A DNA stretch of 64,000 bases from Octopus bimaculoides (lineage: Eukaryota). Below the pieces are notes generated by a model. The model was given only the letters and a program-made list of their open reading frames with translations. It was not told the DNA's origin and did not search any database. This document shows, piece after piece, positions 53,633-64,000 of the stretch. The stretch is taken from NCBI RefSeq assembly GCF_001194135.2, contig NC_068984.1, positions 98,886,297-98,950,296 on the forward strand, given 5' to 3'. The stretch's first letter is position 1. Each line of letters begins with the position of its first letter. The translations under genes were made by a program, and so were the position numbers.

Positions 53633-54719
53633 TATGTATACAAAGATACAAACACATTTACAGGCACATGTATATGTGTATTTGTCTATAGATATGTCTA
53701 TCGTCTCTCTTCTCTCTCTTGACGCATATATCTCTTTCTCTCTCATCATTGATTTCTTTAATTATTCTTTTCTCACTTCTTGCCTCCTCTTTCTCTGCAA
53801 CAGATACGCACATATATTCACACACACACGTGCATGGGCATATGTACACAGACACGCAGATACACACACTCACACACATACTAATTATTTTTCTACCATT
53901 AATTCTTCCAACCCCATTTCTCTTCCTCCTTCATCTCTCCCTCTCTTTCTTTCTCTCTTCACCTCCTCACTTCTTCCTGTACCTTCTCCCTGATCCCCTC
54001 CTATCCCAATATTGTTCTTAGCTTCTGGCACTACTCCTCTCTCTCTTTCTCTCACTTTGCACTAATTTGTTTGCCCCCTATAACCCACTTCACTAGAATT
54101 GTTTTCATTAACTCCCAGCTACTCTCTTCCTTATCCTCTGCTCTACTTCTTAATGTATCCATCCTTCCACAACTACCCACTGTTGCTGTGCTTTTTCAAT
54201 CTTTCTCTCTTTCTTTCTCTCTCTCTCTTCTCCTCTCATTTTCTCCATGCACTCCTCCTCATACTTTTCTCCTCCACCACCTACTTTCTCTTTACATTTC
54301 ACTTAACCACTTTGCCACCATCATGTTGGGTCCTCCCTTCCTGTCCCTCTACCTTTCTAACACCTCTCCAGCCTCCCCCATCCTTCTGCAACCTGAACTC
54401 TAATTGCTGTGGTACCCACCTACCTATACACTTACCCCCACAACACACAAATACACACAATAATCATCCACCCTTCTACCCCATCCAAGCCTCTGATCAT
54501 GTGACAGTTCTATAACATGCAACCTGATTTCAATTTCCACCTAGATCTACTTCATTTGTCTTCATCAATGAATCCCTGGTTCATTTCTACATTATACCCA
54601 AGGCAAAGGCATAGCTGTGTGATTAGAAGGTGTGTCATCCCTTTTATAAGACAGTAGGTTGTGATTTGAAGGAGCCTTGGCTGCTAGTTATAGCATGTCA
54701 AGTGACAAGGTCCATCTTT

Positions 54720-55150
54720 TCTACATGTTGATTCTGCTTGTCATGCTCTACAGCACTGAAACCTGAACACCATCCTCAAACAAGACCTGAACAAGCTTGA
54801 AGTGTTTCAAATGGGGTGTCTCTCTTTATGACTGAATCTTAAACAACAACATCTGAGAACAATGCCAGCCACAGCCAACCATTGAAGACCAAGTCCAGCA
54901 GCACAGGCTACAGTGGTTTGGCTATGTCTGCAGGATGAGCACTAGAAGACTACCACACCAACTTTTGTGGCAGCAGTGATTCATGCCCTGGAGAATCCAG
55001 TGCAATGTAGGAAAGAAGACATAGGCAAAACAGATCGAGGATGACCTGAAATACCAACACTTCAACTTTAAGTACACTAAGGCCAGCACTAGGGATCAGA
55101 AAGCACGGAATAATATCATCACCAGAGTACATGGAATAACATCATCCAAC
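54720..55150 (+). mobile_element. RTE LINE C-terminal fragment
   Basis: Reads MLYSTET*, KLEVFQMGCL, QHRLQWFGYVCRM and RLPHQLLW. Confidence 0.7.
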
Positions 55151-56277
55151 AGCACCCACAGCAGAGTATTGGTCAAGAGGATAGCCTTCTCCTCCAGTCA
55201 TCAGCTAGGGATTAAAGAAGAAAAAGATGTCAAGTGACCATAGAGGCTTTCTTGTTAGCCTGTTACTACAACACAGTTGGGAGACCTAGTTTCACAGGAG
55301 CTGAAAGTGAACTCCTACTGATTCTAATGAATTTACAAAGTCTAATCCAGCCACTACCCATTGATAATAACTGAAAGATGTGGATGCAACAGACTGTGTG
55401 TTGTGTGTGTATGGTACATACATTGAGATGATGTATGGCAATAAAACAGGGACAGTAGTGGCAACGGTGGTAGTAGTAGTGATGATGATGAGGAGGAGGA
55501 CCATATTCATTACAACAGTGATAATTATGGTAATGAAAGTTCAGTTACAGTCAGTGATATGGTGTGCCATGAGGATGCATTCGTTCAGTCAACTGAATAA
55601 CCTGCTCTTGAATTAACATATAAGAGGGTGAAAATTCCACAGACACATGAGTACTCTTAAAGTAATTCTCAAACAGGATCAGTATGACACAATGTGTGAC
55701 AAGGCTGTCTCTTTTGGATTACAAGTATGATCCACTTGATGGGATTCTATACAGTTTTCATCAACTCAATTTCATGCTCAAGGTATGGGTTACTCCAAAG
55801 CTATAGAAAATGATGTTTACTCAAAATGTCGCAAGGTAGAACTGAATCAGGCATCTCATGGTTGAAAAACAAACTTCTTAAGCATTCATCCATACTGCAT
55901 CCACTGTTGATGTCTAACATTTGTATAAACGAAATAAAGAATTGTTTGTTCCTCATATATTTCTTAAGTAAAGCGTTAATATTACACAATCAAGTAATTT
56001 ATGTATTTGTCTCTTACTCCATGCTAATCAAGACTATGGTAACTTTATCAGAGTGTCACCAACACTGTGATAATCTTAACATAGGTTCAAGTCTATGGCA
56101 ACTGCAACATAGTATCATAAAGTCTATGATTAGAGAATATCGTCATCTCTATGGTAATTGTAACATGATGTCATCATGATTATGGTAGCTGTAACATAGT
56201 GTGATCAACTGTATGGTAACTGCAACATTGTATGGTAATTGAAACAGTGGTATCAGGTCTTTGATAATTGTAACATA

Positions 56278-56970
56278 GGTGCAGGTGTGGCTGTGTGGTA
56301 AGAAGCTTGTTTCTCAATCACTTGGTTTTGGGTTCAGTCTCACTGCATGGCACCTTAGGCAAGTGTCTTGTACTATAACCCCGAGCTGACAAAAGCCTTG
56401 TGAGTGGATTTGGGACACAGAAACTAAAAGAAGCTTGTTGTGTATATGTGTGTCTGAGTTTGTCCCTTCCACCATCGTTTGACAACCGATGTTGGTTCTA
56501 TATTTAAGAGATGAGAAATTATGTACATTATTTACAATTTACGGATATTTGTCCTCATCTTGTTTGTTGTTCATATAACATTTTGGTTGATATACCTTCC
56601 AACTTTCATCAGGTGTCTTGGGGAAATTTTGAACTTGGGTTCTCATTCCTAAGGTATTTTTTGATGTTATTATTATTATTATTATTATTCAGGTCACTGC
56701 CTGGAATCGAACCTGGAATCTTGGGGTTAGTAGGCCACGTTCTTAACAACTACGCTATATGACAAATATCCATCAAATCTAAATAATGAACCGATGTTGG
56801 TATGTTTATGTCTCCATAACTTAGCAGTTCGCCAAAAAGATACCGATAGAATAAGTACTAGGCTTACAAAGAATAAGTCCTGGGGTCAATTTCTTCAACT
56901 ATAACCCTTTAAGGTGGTGCCCCAGCATGGCTGCAGTCAAATGACTGAAACAAGTAAATGAATTTAAGAA
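56278..56970 (+). mobile_element. SINE family A hosting a nested insertion
   Basis: Head ggtgcaggtgtggctgtgtggtaag; the body resumes after 56801. Confidence 0.85.
56497..56788 (-). mobile_element. 292-bp tRNA-headed element with a hammerhead-like motif and an inverted 5' extension
   Basis: 13-bp TSD aaccgatgttggt (56484-56496, 56789-56801). Minus-strand A box tagcgtagttgttaag, B box ggttcgattcc, and CTGATGA at 56612-56606. Confidence 0.8.
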
Positions 56971-57817
56971 TACTGTGATAAACTCTGTGGTAACTGTGAC
57001 ATAGTGTCATCACCTGTATGGTAGCTGTTGTCATCACAGGATCCAAGGAAATCAAGAATAGTTTGCTTCATCAACATTTAGTAGATGAAAAACTTTGCTT
57101 AGTTCAATTTGTTTTTCATGGCTGAGTGTGGTGGGGAAAGGCAGCCCCATTGCTACTGGGTGAATTCTTGTTCTTCATATGAGTGTGAAGAAAAAAGGGA
57201 AGAAATGTTTCATTTCACTTGGGCTTGTAACAAATATAAATCATTCTTGTAAGAATTAAAAAAAAAAGTTTATTCAAATTTTGTGAATTCATTTACTAAT
57301 CTTACTGCCTCTGACTCTCCATTGACATCTACCACTATTACATACCAGTAGCACCTCTGTTGCTATCTAATACATGCTCTCTCTCTCTCTCTCCATGGTA
57401 CCACATTTTTATTACCATCACATCACATTGTTTATGCTCTTTACTATTCAACATTCAAATCAATGATTACTAAGTAACTAATACCCCTCTCTCTTGGTTT
57501 CCTCTCTCCCTCTCCCTCCCCCTCTCATTCTCCTGTCTCTCCTCCCTTACTTTTCTCTGTGTTCTCTCTCCCCCTATACTATTTTCTCACCATCTCCCCC
57601 ACTCACACTCATTCTCTCTTTTGGCTATCAGTCCCTTTCTATTTACACTCGTGGTTGCATTGCTTTGAAAGAACAGAGACAAATGGAGCTCATTAACCTT
57701 CTAGGAGACAGACAACCTTTCTAGTACTGCTTTCTTAATAAAGTACACCTAGTACACTCTTTAAAGTGGTTACTGTTAAAAAGCTCATCTAACTATAGGA
57801 ACCATGTCAAAAATATA

Positions 57818-58195
57818 GGTATGGCTGTGTGGTAAGAAACTTGCTTCCCAACCACATGGTTCTGGGTTCAGTCTCACTACGTGGCACCTTGGGTAAGTGT
57901 CTTCTAGTGAAGACTGAGGCCAACCAAAGCCTTGTTAGTGGGCTTGGTAGACGGAAACTGAAAGAAGCTCGTCGTGTGTGTGTGTGTGCATGGGTACGTG
58001 TGTGTCTTTGTGTCTGTGTTTATCCTCACCACCACCACTTGACAACTGGTGTTTGGCTAAAGAGACCAATAGTATAAGTACCAGGCTGAACAAAAATAAG
58101 TACTGTAGGTCAATTCATTTGATTAAAAATTCTTCAAAGTAGTGCCCCAGCATGACCGCAGTCTAATGACTGAAGCAAGTAAAAAATAAAAGATA
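57818..58195 (+). mobile_element. tRNA-derived SINE (family A)
   Basis: tggctgtgtggtaag, ggttcagtctc, body and tail. Confidence 0.8.
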
Positions 58196-58536
58196 CAAGT
58201 TATATCTGGATCTCTGATGCATCAAAGAAAGGAATGAAGCTCTGATCACCTGCTCAATCCAACTAAGATGGAAAGTGGGTCTAAAAGTAGTTGAAGATGA
58301 TATTTTGGAAGGATATTCTTTATAACTTGTCTGTTTTCTAAATATGTTATATGCTATTTATATGTTCCTTATATTTTTTTTATGTATTTTAAATACTTTT
58401 TATATATTGTATATACATTGTCTACATATCTTTCAGCTACTTTATATATATTTTTTCCATATATTTATTATATAATTTATATATATTTATATATATTTAC
58501 ATAAATATACTTTTGCATATTATAAGCATATTTAAC

Positions 58537-58608
<72 letters not shown>

Positions 58609-58784
58609 ATTCCAAGAGAGTTAGAGGTTGTGAATCCAACCAACTAAGGGATAATATCTATCCAATATACTGCTGGTAGAATACCCAATTATTAATGCAC
58701 AAGTGTTTTTTCATTGCATGGCAATTACACTTCTGAATGTAATAAATGGGCGAGGGTAAAAGGTTTTTTTTACCCTTAATTTAT

Positions 58785-59277
58785 ACAGCAATAAGAAAAT
58801 GGAGGGGATCAAGGGGTGGTATTCATCAACTTTTAGACATAATATTATGTCTATTTATTTATATTTAAAAAAGAAAAACAATTATAACAATATACATACA
58901 TGTTTAATATATTCTGCTTTACATATATAATATATAAAAATACCAGTAATTATTAAAATATATAACGTAGAGCATAGAAAGTAGGATAGTATCTTATAGC
59001 TGTTTCAGCCAAGAAGCCATAGTACCTCACTCTGTAAGATACTATCCTACTTTCTATGCTCTATGTTATATAAGATACTATCCTACTTTCCATGTTCTAT
59101 GTTATATATTTTAATAATTACTGGTATTTTTATATATTATATATGTAAAGCAGAATATATTAAACATGTATGTATATTGTTATAATTGTTTTTTTTTTTA
59201 ATAAATAAATAGATATAATATAATGTCTAAAATTGATGAATACCATCTCTTGATCCCCTCCATTTTCTTATTGCTGT
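58785..59277. repeat. Foldback: ~215-bp inverted repeat with a 32-nt spacer and a 36-bp tandem duplication in the right arm
   Basis: 58785-58999 pairs with 59032-59277; taagatactatcctactttc..atg.tctatgttata occurs at 59035-59070 and again from 59071. Confidence 0.9.
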
Positions 59278-60044
59278 GTGCGTGTGTGTGTCATATCACA
59301 AATAGTATCTGATATATTACATCATATTGTTATTATTATACTTGAGGATGGTGATTTATTTATTTTTATTTTCACCATTTAAGCATATGCACTATTTATT
59401 TTATCTTCATTTTAGTTTTATTTGCATTATTTTTAGTTTATTTGTTGGTCAAAGTTCTTTCCTCACACTTTCTGTGGCCTCTTCAGTGATTCTGTCCCAT
59501 GTGTCTCCTTCTGTCCTGCTTATTCCATTTTGTCCTTCTGTGGTTATGTATCTCTATCTGCATTCTACATCTCTATATCTGTCATAAAATAATACAAATA
59601 AAAAGTAAAGTGAAGATGACATAAATAGCACACATGTTCTATTGGCAAAAGAAAAAGTTATTATCCCCAAGTTTAACAATATCTGTTTCAATCACACATA
59701 TTTACACATCAAGAATCTTGCAAAACAAATGCATAAAGGTGTATTGTATTGTATTATATATTGTACACATATCCTATACAATTTTATATATAATTACATG
59801 TATTATCAAATTTGTTATGACTAATTATACCAGGTGAAATTCTACTTTTATCATTGAGTGTCCACCATCACCTATCAGTAACTGTTCTATTGTTATTCTT
59901 AATATTTCTTTAAAATAACAGCCTTATATTTTTCATATATTTTACAGATATTTTCTCTATATTTTGTTTTCTATATATTTTACATGTGATTCATATTATT
60001 TTATGTGTTTTCTACATATTCTCAATATATTTCATATATTGTAG

Positions 60045-60250
60045 GTGGCAATGCTAAACTCTTACTGCTGCTATGTGTTTCTCCAACCAAGCACTACATT
60101 ACTGAATCTCTGCAATGTCTTGGCTTCGGGCAAAGAGCCAGACAGGTTCAAAGAGGTCCAGCTAAACGTAGATTGCCAACAACCATGGAGAAATCTGAAG
60201 TTTCTGCAATCAACAGAAGTCATTCCAAAACCCCGCCAGTAACAAAATAA
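60045..60250 (+). CDS. KIF25: Terminal coding exon of the same kinesin-14 (KIF25-like) gene
   Basis: Acceptor attgtag|gt is in phase with the previous exon (g+gt=Gly) and gives GGNAKLLLLLCVSPTKHYITESLQCLGFGQRARQVQRGPAKRR...TK*. The GG.AKLL..LC.SP and LGFG.RARQVQRGPA motifs match my recollection of the KIF25 C-terminus; orthology was not computed. Confidence 0.88.
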
Positions 60251-60673
60251 CAGTAAACAACTAAACAAGCCAACAAAGACAGCCTCTGTATAGTTGCTGG
60301 TATGCTAGAAATAGTAGCCAAAACTTTCTCAAATTACACACTACCATCTTGAAAAGAAAGGAACATTAAATAATGTAGTACTAGATGTCTGGGGAAAAAA
60401 TATCAGAATTGTATAGGATTCAAAACCAACAGCAACAACAATTGAAATTAATGATAATTCTTTCTAATTTTTGTGCAGAAATTTTGAGGAGAAGAACAAA
60501 TTGATTATATTGACCTGAGTACTTGACTGGTACTTTATTTTATCAATCCTTTGGCTTTTGAACTCATAATGTAAAAAGTCAGAAGTAATGCTGCTAAGTA
60601 TTTTTCTCAGGCATGGTAATGACTGTACCAGCTCACCACTTTTACTATTATTATTATTTTCATTATTATTATG

Positions 60674-60679
60674 AATAAA
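60674..60679 (+). promoter_or_regulatory. Candidate polyadenylation signal of the kinesin gene
   Basis: AATAAA about 420 nt after the stop codon, but it lies in an (AATA)n tract and may be chance. Confidence 0.25.
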
Positions 60680-61185
60680 TAAATAAATAAAGATGTTTCC
60701 AAAATATCAAACGTTTTTCTTTTTTTTTTATTTTCTACATCGTGTTTTATTTCAATAGTTCTTAACCTGGAGTACAGTGGCTCCCTTAGGAACTGAGAGC
60801 TCAGAAGTGGGGCTGCAAATGTCAAGGAGGAATTGGATGCTTAAAGGGTCCTGATTTTTCTTAAAAATAAAATATATAAACAAAATACAATGTTTTTAAA
60901 TACATTTTCAAAACAACTCTTTGCTTGGATTAGAATGAGGCAAACATTGAGATAACAGTGATATGTGTGTGTGCGCATGCGTGCGTGCATGTTTGTGTGT
61001 GTGTGTGTGTGTAAATAAAACCACTAATATCTCTGTCTTAAGCCAGAAATAAAGTTGTTGTTGGCATATCCTTCCTTGTATCTGTAGTACAACTGTTAGC
61101 TAAGCAGTGGAGCAGATCATGAAATATGTGAATGGGAATGTATGAGGCTCTGTTTGTCAAATATTGAACCCAATTTTTTAAAGTA

Positions 61186-61591
61186 GGTACAAGCGTGGCT
61201 GCATGGTAAGAAGCTTGCTTCCCAATCACATAGTTCTAGGTTCAGTCCCATTGTATGATACCTTGGGCAAGTGTCTTCTACTATAGCCCCAGGCTGGCCA
61301 AATCCTTGAGAATGGGTTTGGTAGATGGAAACTGAAAGAAGCTTGTTGTATATATGTGTACATGTGTGTGTCTATGTGTTTGTGTTTGAACCTACACTAC
61401 CACTTGACAATTGGTACTGGTGTGTTTATGTCCATTAACTTAGTAGTTCAACAAAAGAGATTGATAGAATAAGTACGAGACTTTAAAAACAAGTACTGGA
61501 GTCAACTTATTCAACTAAAAATTTTCCAAGGCAGTGCCCCAGTATGACTTGTTTAATGACTGAAACAAGTAAAAGATAAAAAATAAAAGAG
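61186..61591 (+). mobile_element. tRNA-derived SINE (family A)
   Basis: gcgtggctgcatggtaagaagcttgcttccc, ggttcagtccc, body and tail. Confidence 0.8.
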
Positions 61592-62292
61592 TAAATTCTT
61601 ATCAAGCACAAAATAGTATCTATTAGTTAGTTTTTCAATTTTAAAATATGTTTTGGGAATATAATGTTTTCCTGATATTTTAACTTAATTCATTCATATT
61701 TCTTTCTAAATATAATTTCCTTATATAAATTCATGTCTTTGTCTTTGGTAATTTTCATAAAAATTTAACATAGCTCCATGCAAATACCTTATAAAGATAT
61801 ACATACTAGAATGGGTAGTATAGAAAATATACATGATAAGCTACCGCACAAAATTAACTTTTGTTTGTGCAAAATAATCTACTGTATCCTTTTGGTAGGT
61901 GGGTTCCATATAACAAGGTGGTGGGTTTGTAAAATATCATTCAGTGACAGAAGATAGGTTACAAAAGACTAAGAATCCCTACTTTATTCCTCTGACACTC
62001 TTCTAATACACTGCCTATTTCTACATTTGAATATTTTTCTCTTTGCGTTTCTTTAATAAAAGATTTCAAAATTTGTCATACAGGAAAGTGTCATAATAAG
62101 GGTTAAAATAATAAATAACCTGACTTCAGAATAAATTCTGTTGTAAGATTAAAACGTGTTGTATACAAGAGTGATAAATTCATTGTTAACATGTACAGTT
62201 ATAAAGCACAAACTCTACCAAATAAAGAAGATGAAAATCATGACAGAATGGGCCAAGCATGCAATAAAAGGAAAAGACATGAAAGATAAGGT

Positions 62293-62514
62293 TTAACCCT
62301 TCAGCATTCAGATTATTTTGTTAAATGATTAAATAAATCATAGTTTTGAATTAATCATGACTTATCTTGTAGCTTCACGGTTTTTATGATGTGGTAGTAT
62401 ATTTTTACAACGACATTGTAGGGTAGGTATGAAGAGCCAGATCTGGTTACTTTGAATATTAAGAAGGTGGAATATTTTGGCTGGATATAGTCAAATTAAA
62501 TGCTAAAGAGTTAA
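62293..62514. mobile_element. Complete TTAA-flanked MITE (piggyBac-like target site)
   Basis: TTAA-cccttcagcatt ... aatgctaaagag-TTAA; partial copies at 6744 and 51638. Confidence 0.8.
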
Positions 62515-62709
62515 TAGTTCACAATTTTAAGCTTAACATATCCTGAAAATTACATTTTGTTAAACAAACTGCCACTCTTACCATCAGCAGCCAGGTGGAG
62601 AGAGTATTGTGCAAATACTGATGAATTGTTAAATAACAATGAATCTGGTACATTCAATCCTCAACTTGGGCTGCCAAAAATCACCCACAGTATCAACAGT
62701 GGGGCCCAA

Positions 62710-63200
62710 CAGCATATGCTGGTTCTGCACCCCTTTGAGCAGCATCAAATTCACTTATCTGTCCACAAACACTCCCCAAGTTTTCCTATCATTTATGAAC
62801 TCTCTTGCCTCTCTCACTCCAACACTTCTTACAACCAAAGCTTTTCTCACTCCATCCTTCCACACAAACCGAGGTCTGCCTCTGGTTCTTCTGCCTACCA
62901 CTTCTCTGCCTTCATCACCTTACCATTCCTCATCCATCCTCTCCATGTAACCAAACCACCTCAACATTCATCTATCCATTTTGGTTGTTAGATTTTCTCT
63001 CATTCCTGCTCGTCTTCACACTTCCTCATCCCTCATCCCTCATCTACTACCTGCTATTTCTCTCCATTTTCTCCTACCATTTGGGCTCCCTAGCATTTAC
63101 CTCTCTTACCATACCATCTATATATAAATTAAACAGCCACAGAGACATCACACAACCCTGTCTTAACCTCACTTTCACATCAAATCACTCACTTCACCAC
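62710..63200 (-). mobile_element. RTE LINE C-terminal fragment
   Basis: Minus strand reads MLRWFGYMERMD and GRRTRGRPRFVWKDGV...DRKTW. Confidence 0.75.
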
Positions 63201-64000
63201 TCACCCTAACACACGCTCTGCTTTCTTTCTCTCTCTCTCGCTATATATATATAAGGTGCAGGCATAGCTATCAGGACAAAATCCCCATCAAGGATAAAAT
63301 CTTCCCCGAGGACAAAACAACCCTGGATAAAAATATCAACTAATAAATATTTAAAATTTTTATAAAATTTCACTTTCCTAAAATATTTTTCTTGTAAAGA
63401 AAGAACTGGGGATATTGACTGCCGGGGATTTTGTCCAGCAGGGTATTTTGGATAAATATCTAGATCTGAACCCAGTAGGAAAAATGAACACCAAAATGTG
63501 TAACAGTTGTAATGCACCATATATTAAAGGAATATGAGGATAAAAGTACACACTGGAAACGGGGGGGGGGGNNNNNNNNNNNNNNNNNNNNNNNNNNNNN
63601 NNNNNNNNNNNNNNNNNNNNNNNNNNNNNNNNNNNNNNNNNNNNNNNNNNNNNNNNNNNNNNNNNNNNNNNNNNNNNNNNNNNNNNNNNNNNNNNNNNNN
63701 NNNNNNNNNNNNNNNNNNNNNNNNNNNNNNNNNNNNNNNNNNNNNNNNNNNNNNNNNNNNNNNNNNNNNNNNNNNNNNNNNNNNNNNNNNNNNNNNNNNN
63801 NNNNNNNNNNNNNNNNNNNNNNNNNNNNNNNNNNNNNNNNNNNNNNNNNNNNNNNNNNNNNNNNNNNNNNNNNNNNNNNNNNNNNNNNNNNNNNNNNNNN
63901 NNNNNNNNNNNNNNNNNNNNNNNNNNNNNNNNNNNNNNNNNNNNNNNNNNNNNNNNNNNNNNNNNNNNNTATATATACACATATATACGATGGGCTTCTT

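Larger units (their letters stand above)
56030..57030. repeat. Degenerate ~31-bp minisatellite (tatggtaa/gctgtaacatagtgtcatca...) split by a SINE insertion
   Basis: atggta occurs at 56151, 56182 and 56213 (period 31); the units resume after ~56970. Confidence 0.65.
15176..60044 (+). other. 44,869-nt GT-AG intron of the KIF25-like gene, densely filled with transposons
   Basis: GT at 15176 and AG at 60043-60044. The spliced product reads continuously QDSIGGNAKLL, so no motor-domain sequence is missing between the exons. Confidence 0.85.

Noticed and set aside
53900-54515. Leu/Ser/Pro-rich ORFs
   Set aside because: Polypyrimidine low-complexity tract with no coding signature.
56690-56760. Possible tRNA gene (perfect B box ggttcgattcc)
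   Set aside because: No complete cloverleaf or acceptor stem; it lies within a TSD-flanked insertion and is treated as a SINE head.
935-63982. Long ORFs in the track containing X runs (e.g. 935-1734, 2394-3065, 29188-30022, 53223-53749, 63378-63982)
   Set aside because: They are artefacts of N-gaps and (TA)n/(CA)n microsatellites.
1-64000. CRISPR arrays or prokaryote-type systems
   Set aside because: No regularly spaced repeat-spacer array or operon-like ORF cluster; the sequence is eukaryotic intronic/intergenic DNA.

Overview
AT-rich, microsatellite-dense eukaryotic scaffold with about ten N-gaps. The SINE/MITE repertoire resembles coleoid cephalopod (Octopus-like) DNA; this is an inference from recalled repeat families. 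The only host coding sequence I can support is the last two exons of a kinesin-14 (KIF25-like) gene on the + strand (15020-15175 and 60045-60250), joined in phase across a 44,869-nt GT-AG intron. Most of the rest is transposon-derived: a CR1-group LINE remnant, an internally deleted Helitron with both ends, two near-full-length mariner copies in inverted orientation, a Mag-type Ty3/Gypsy element with both LTRs and a 5-bp TSD, Tc1 and DD37D remnants, RTE, R4/Dong and Penelope-like (PLE) fragments, hAT and TTAA MITEs, and many tRNA-SINEs. Two observations stand out. (1) The Gypsy element has no tRNA-type PBS; instead its PBS position is a perfect 16-nt complement of its own LTR, in Tf1-like self-priming geometry. 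(2) A 292-bp insertion with a 13-bp TSD combines a tRNA-derived Pol III head, a hammerhead-ribozyme-like motif and an inverted 5' copy of its own tail, suggesting a Penelope-mobilised SINE. All alignments were done by eye, and repeat boundaries without a TSD are approximate.
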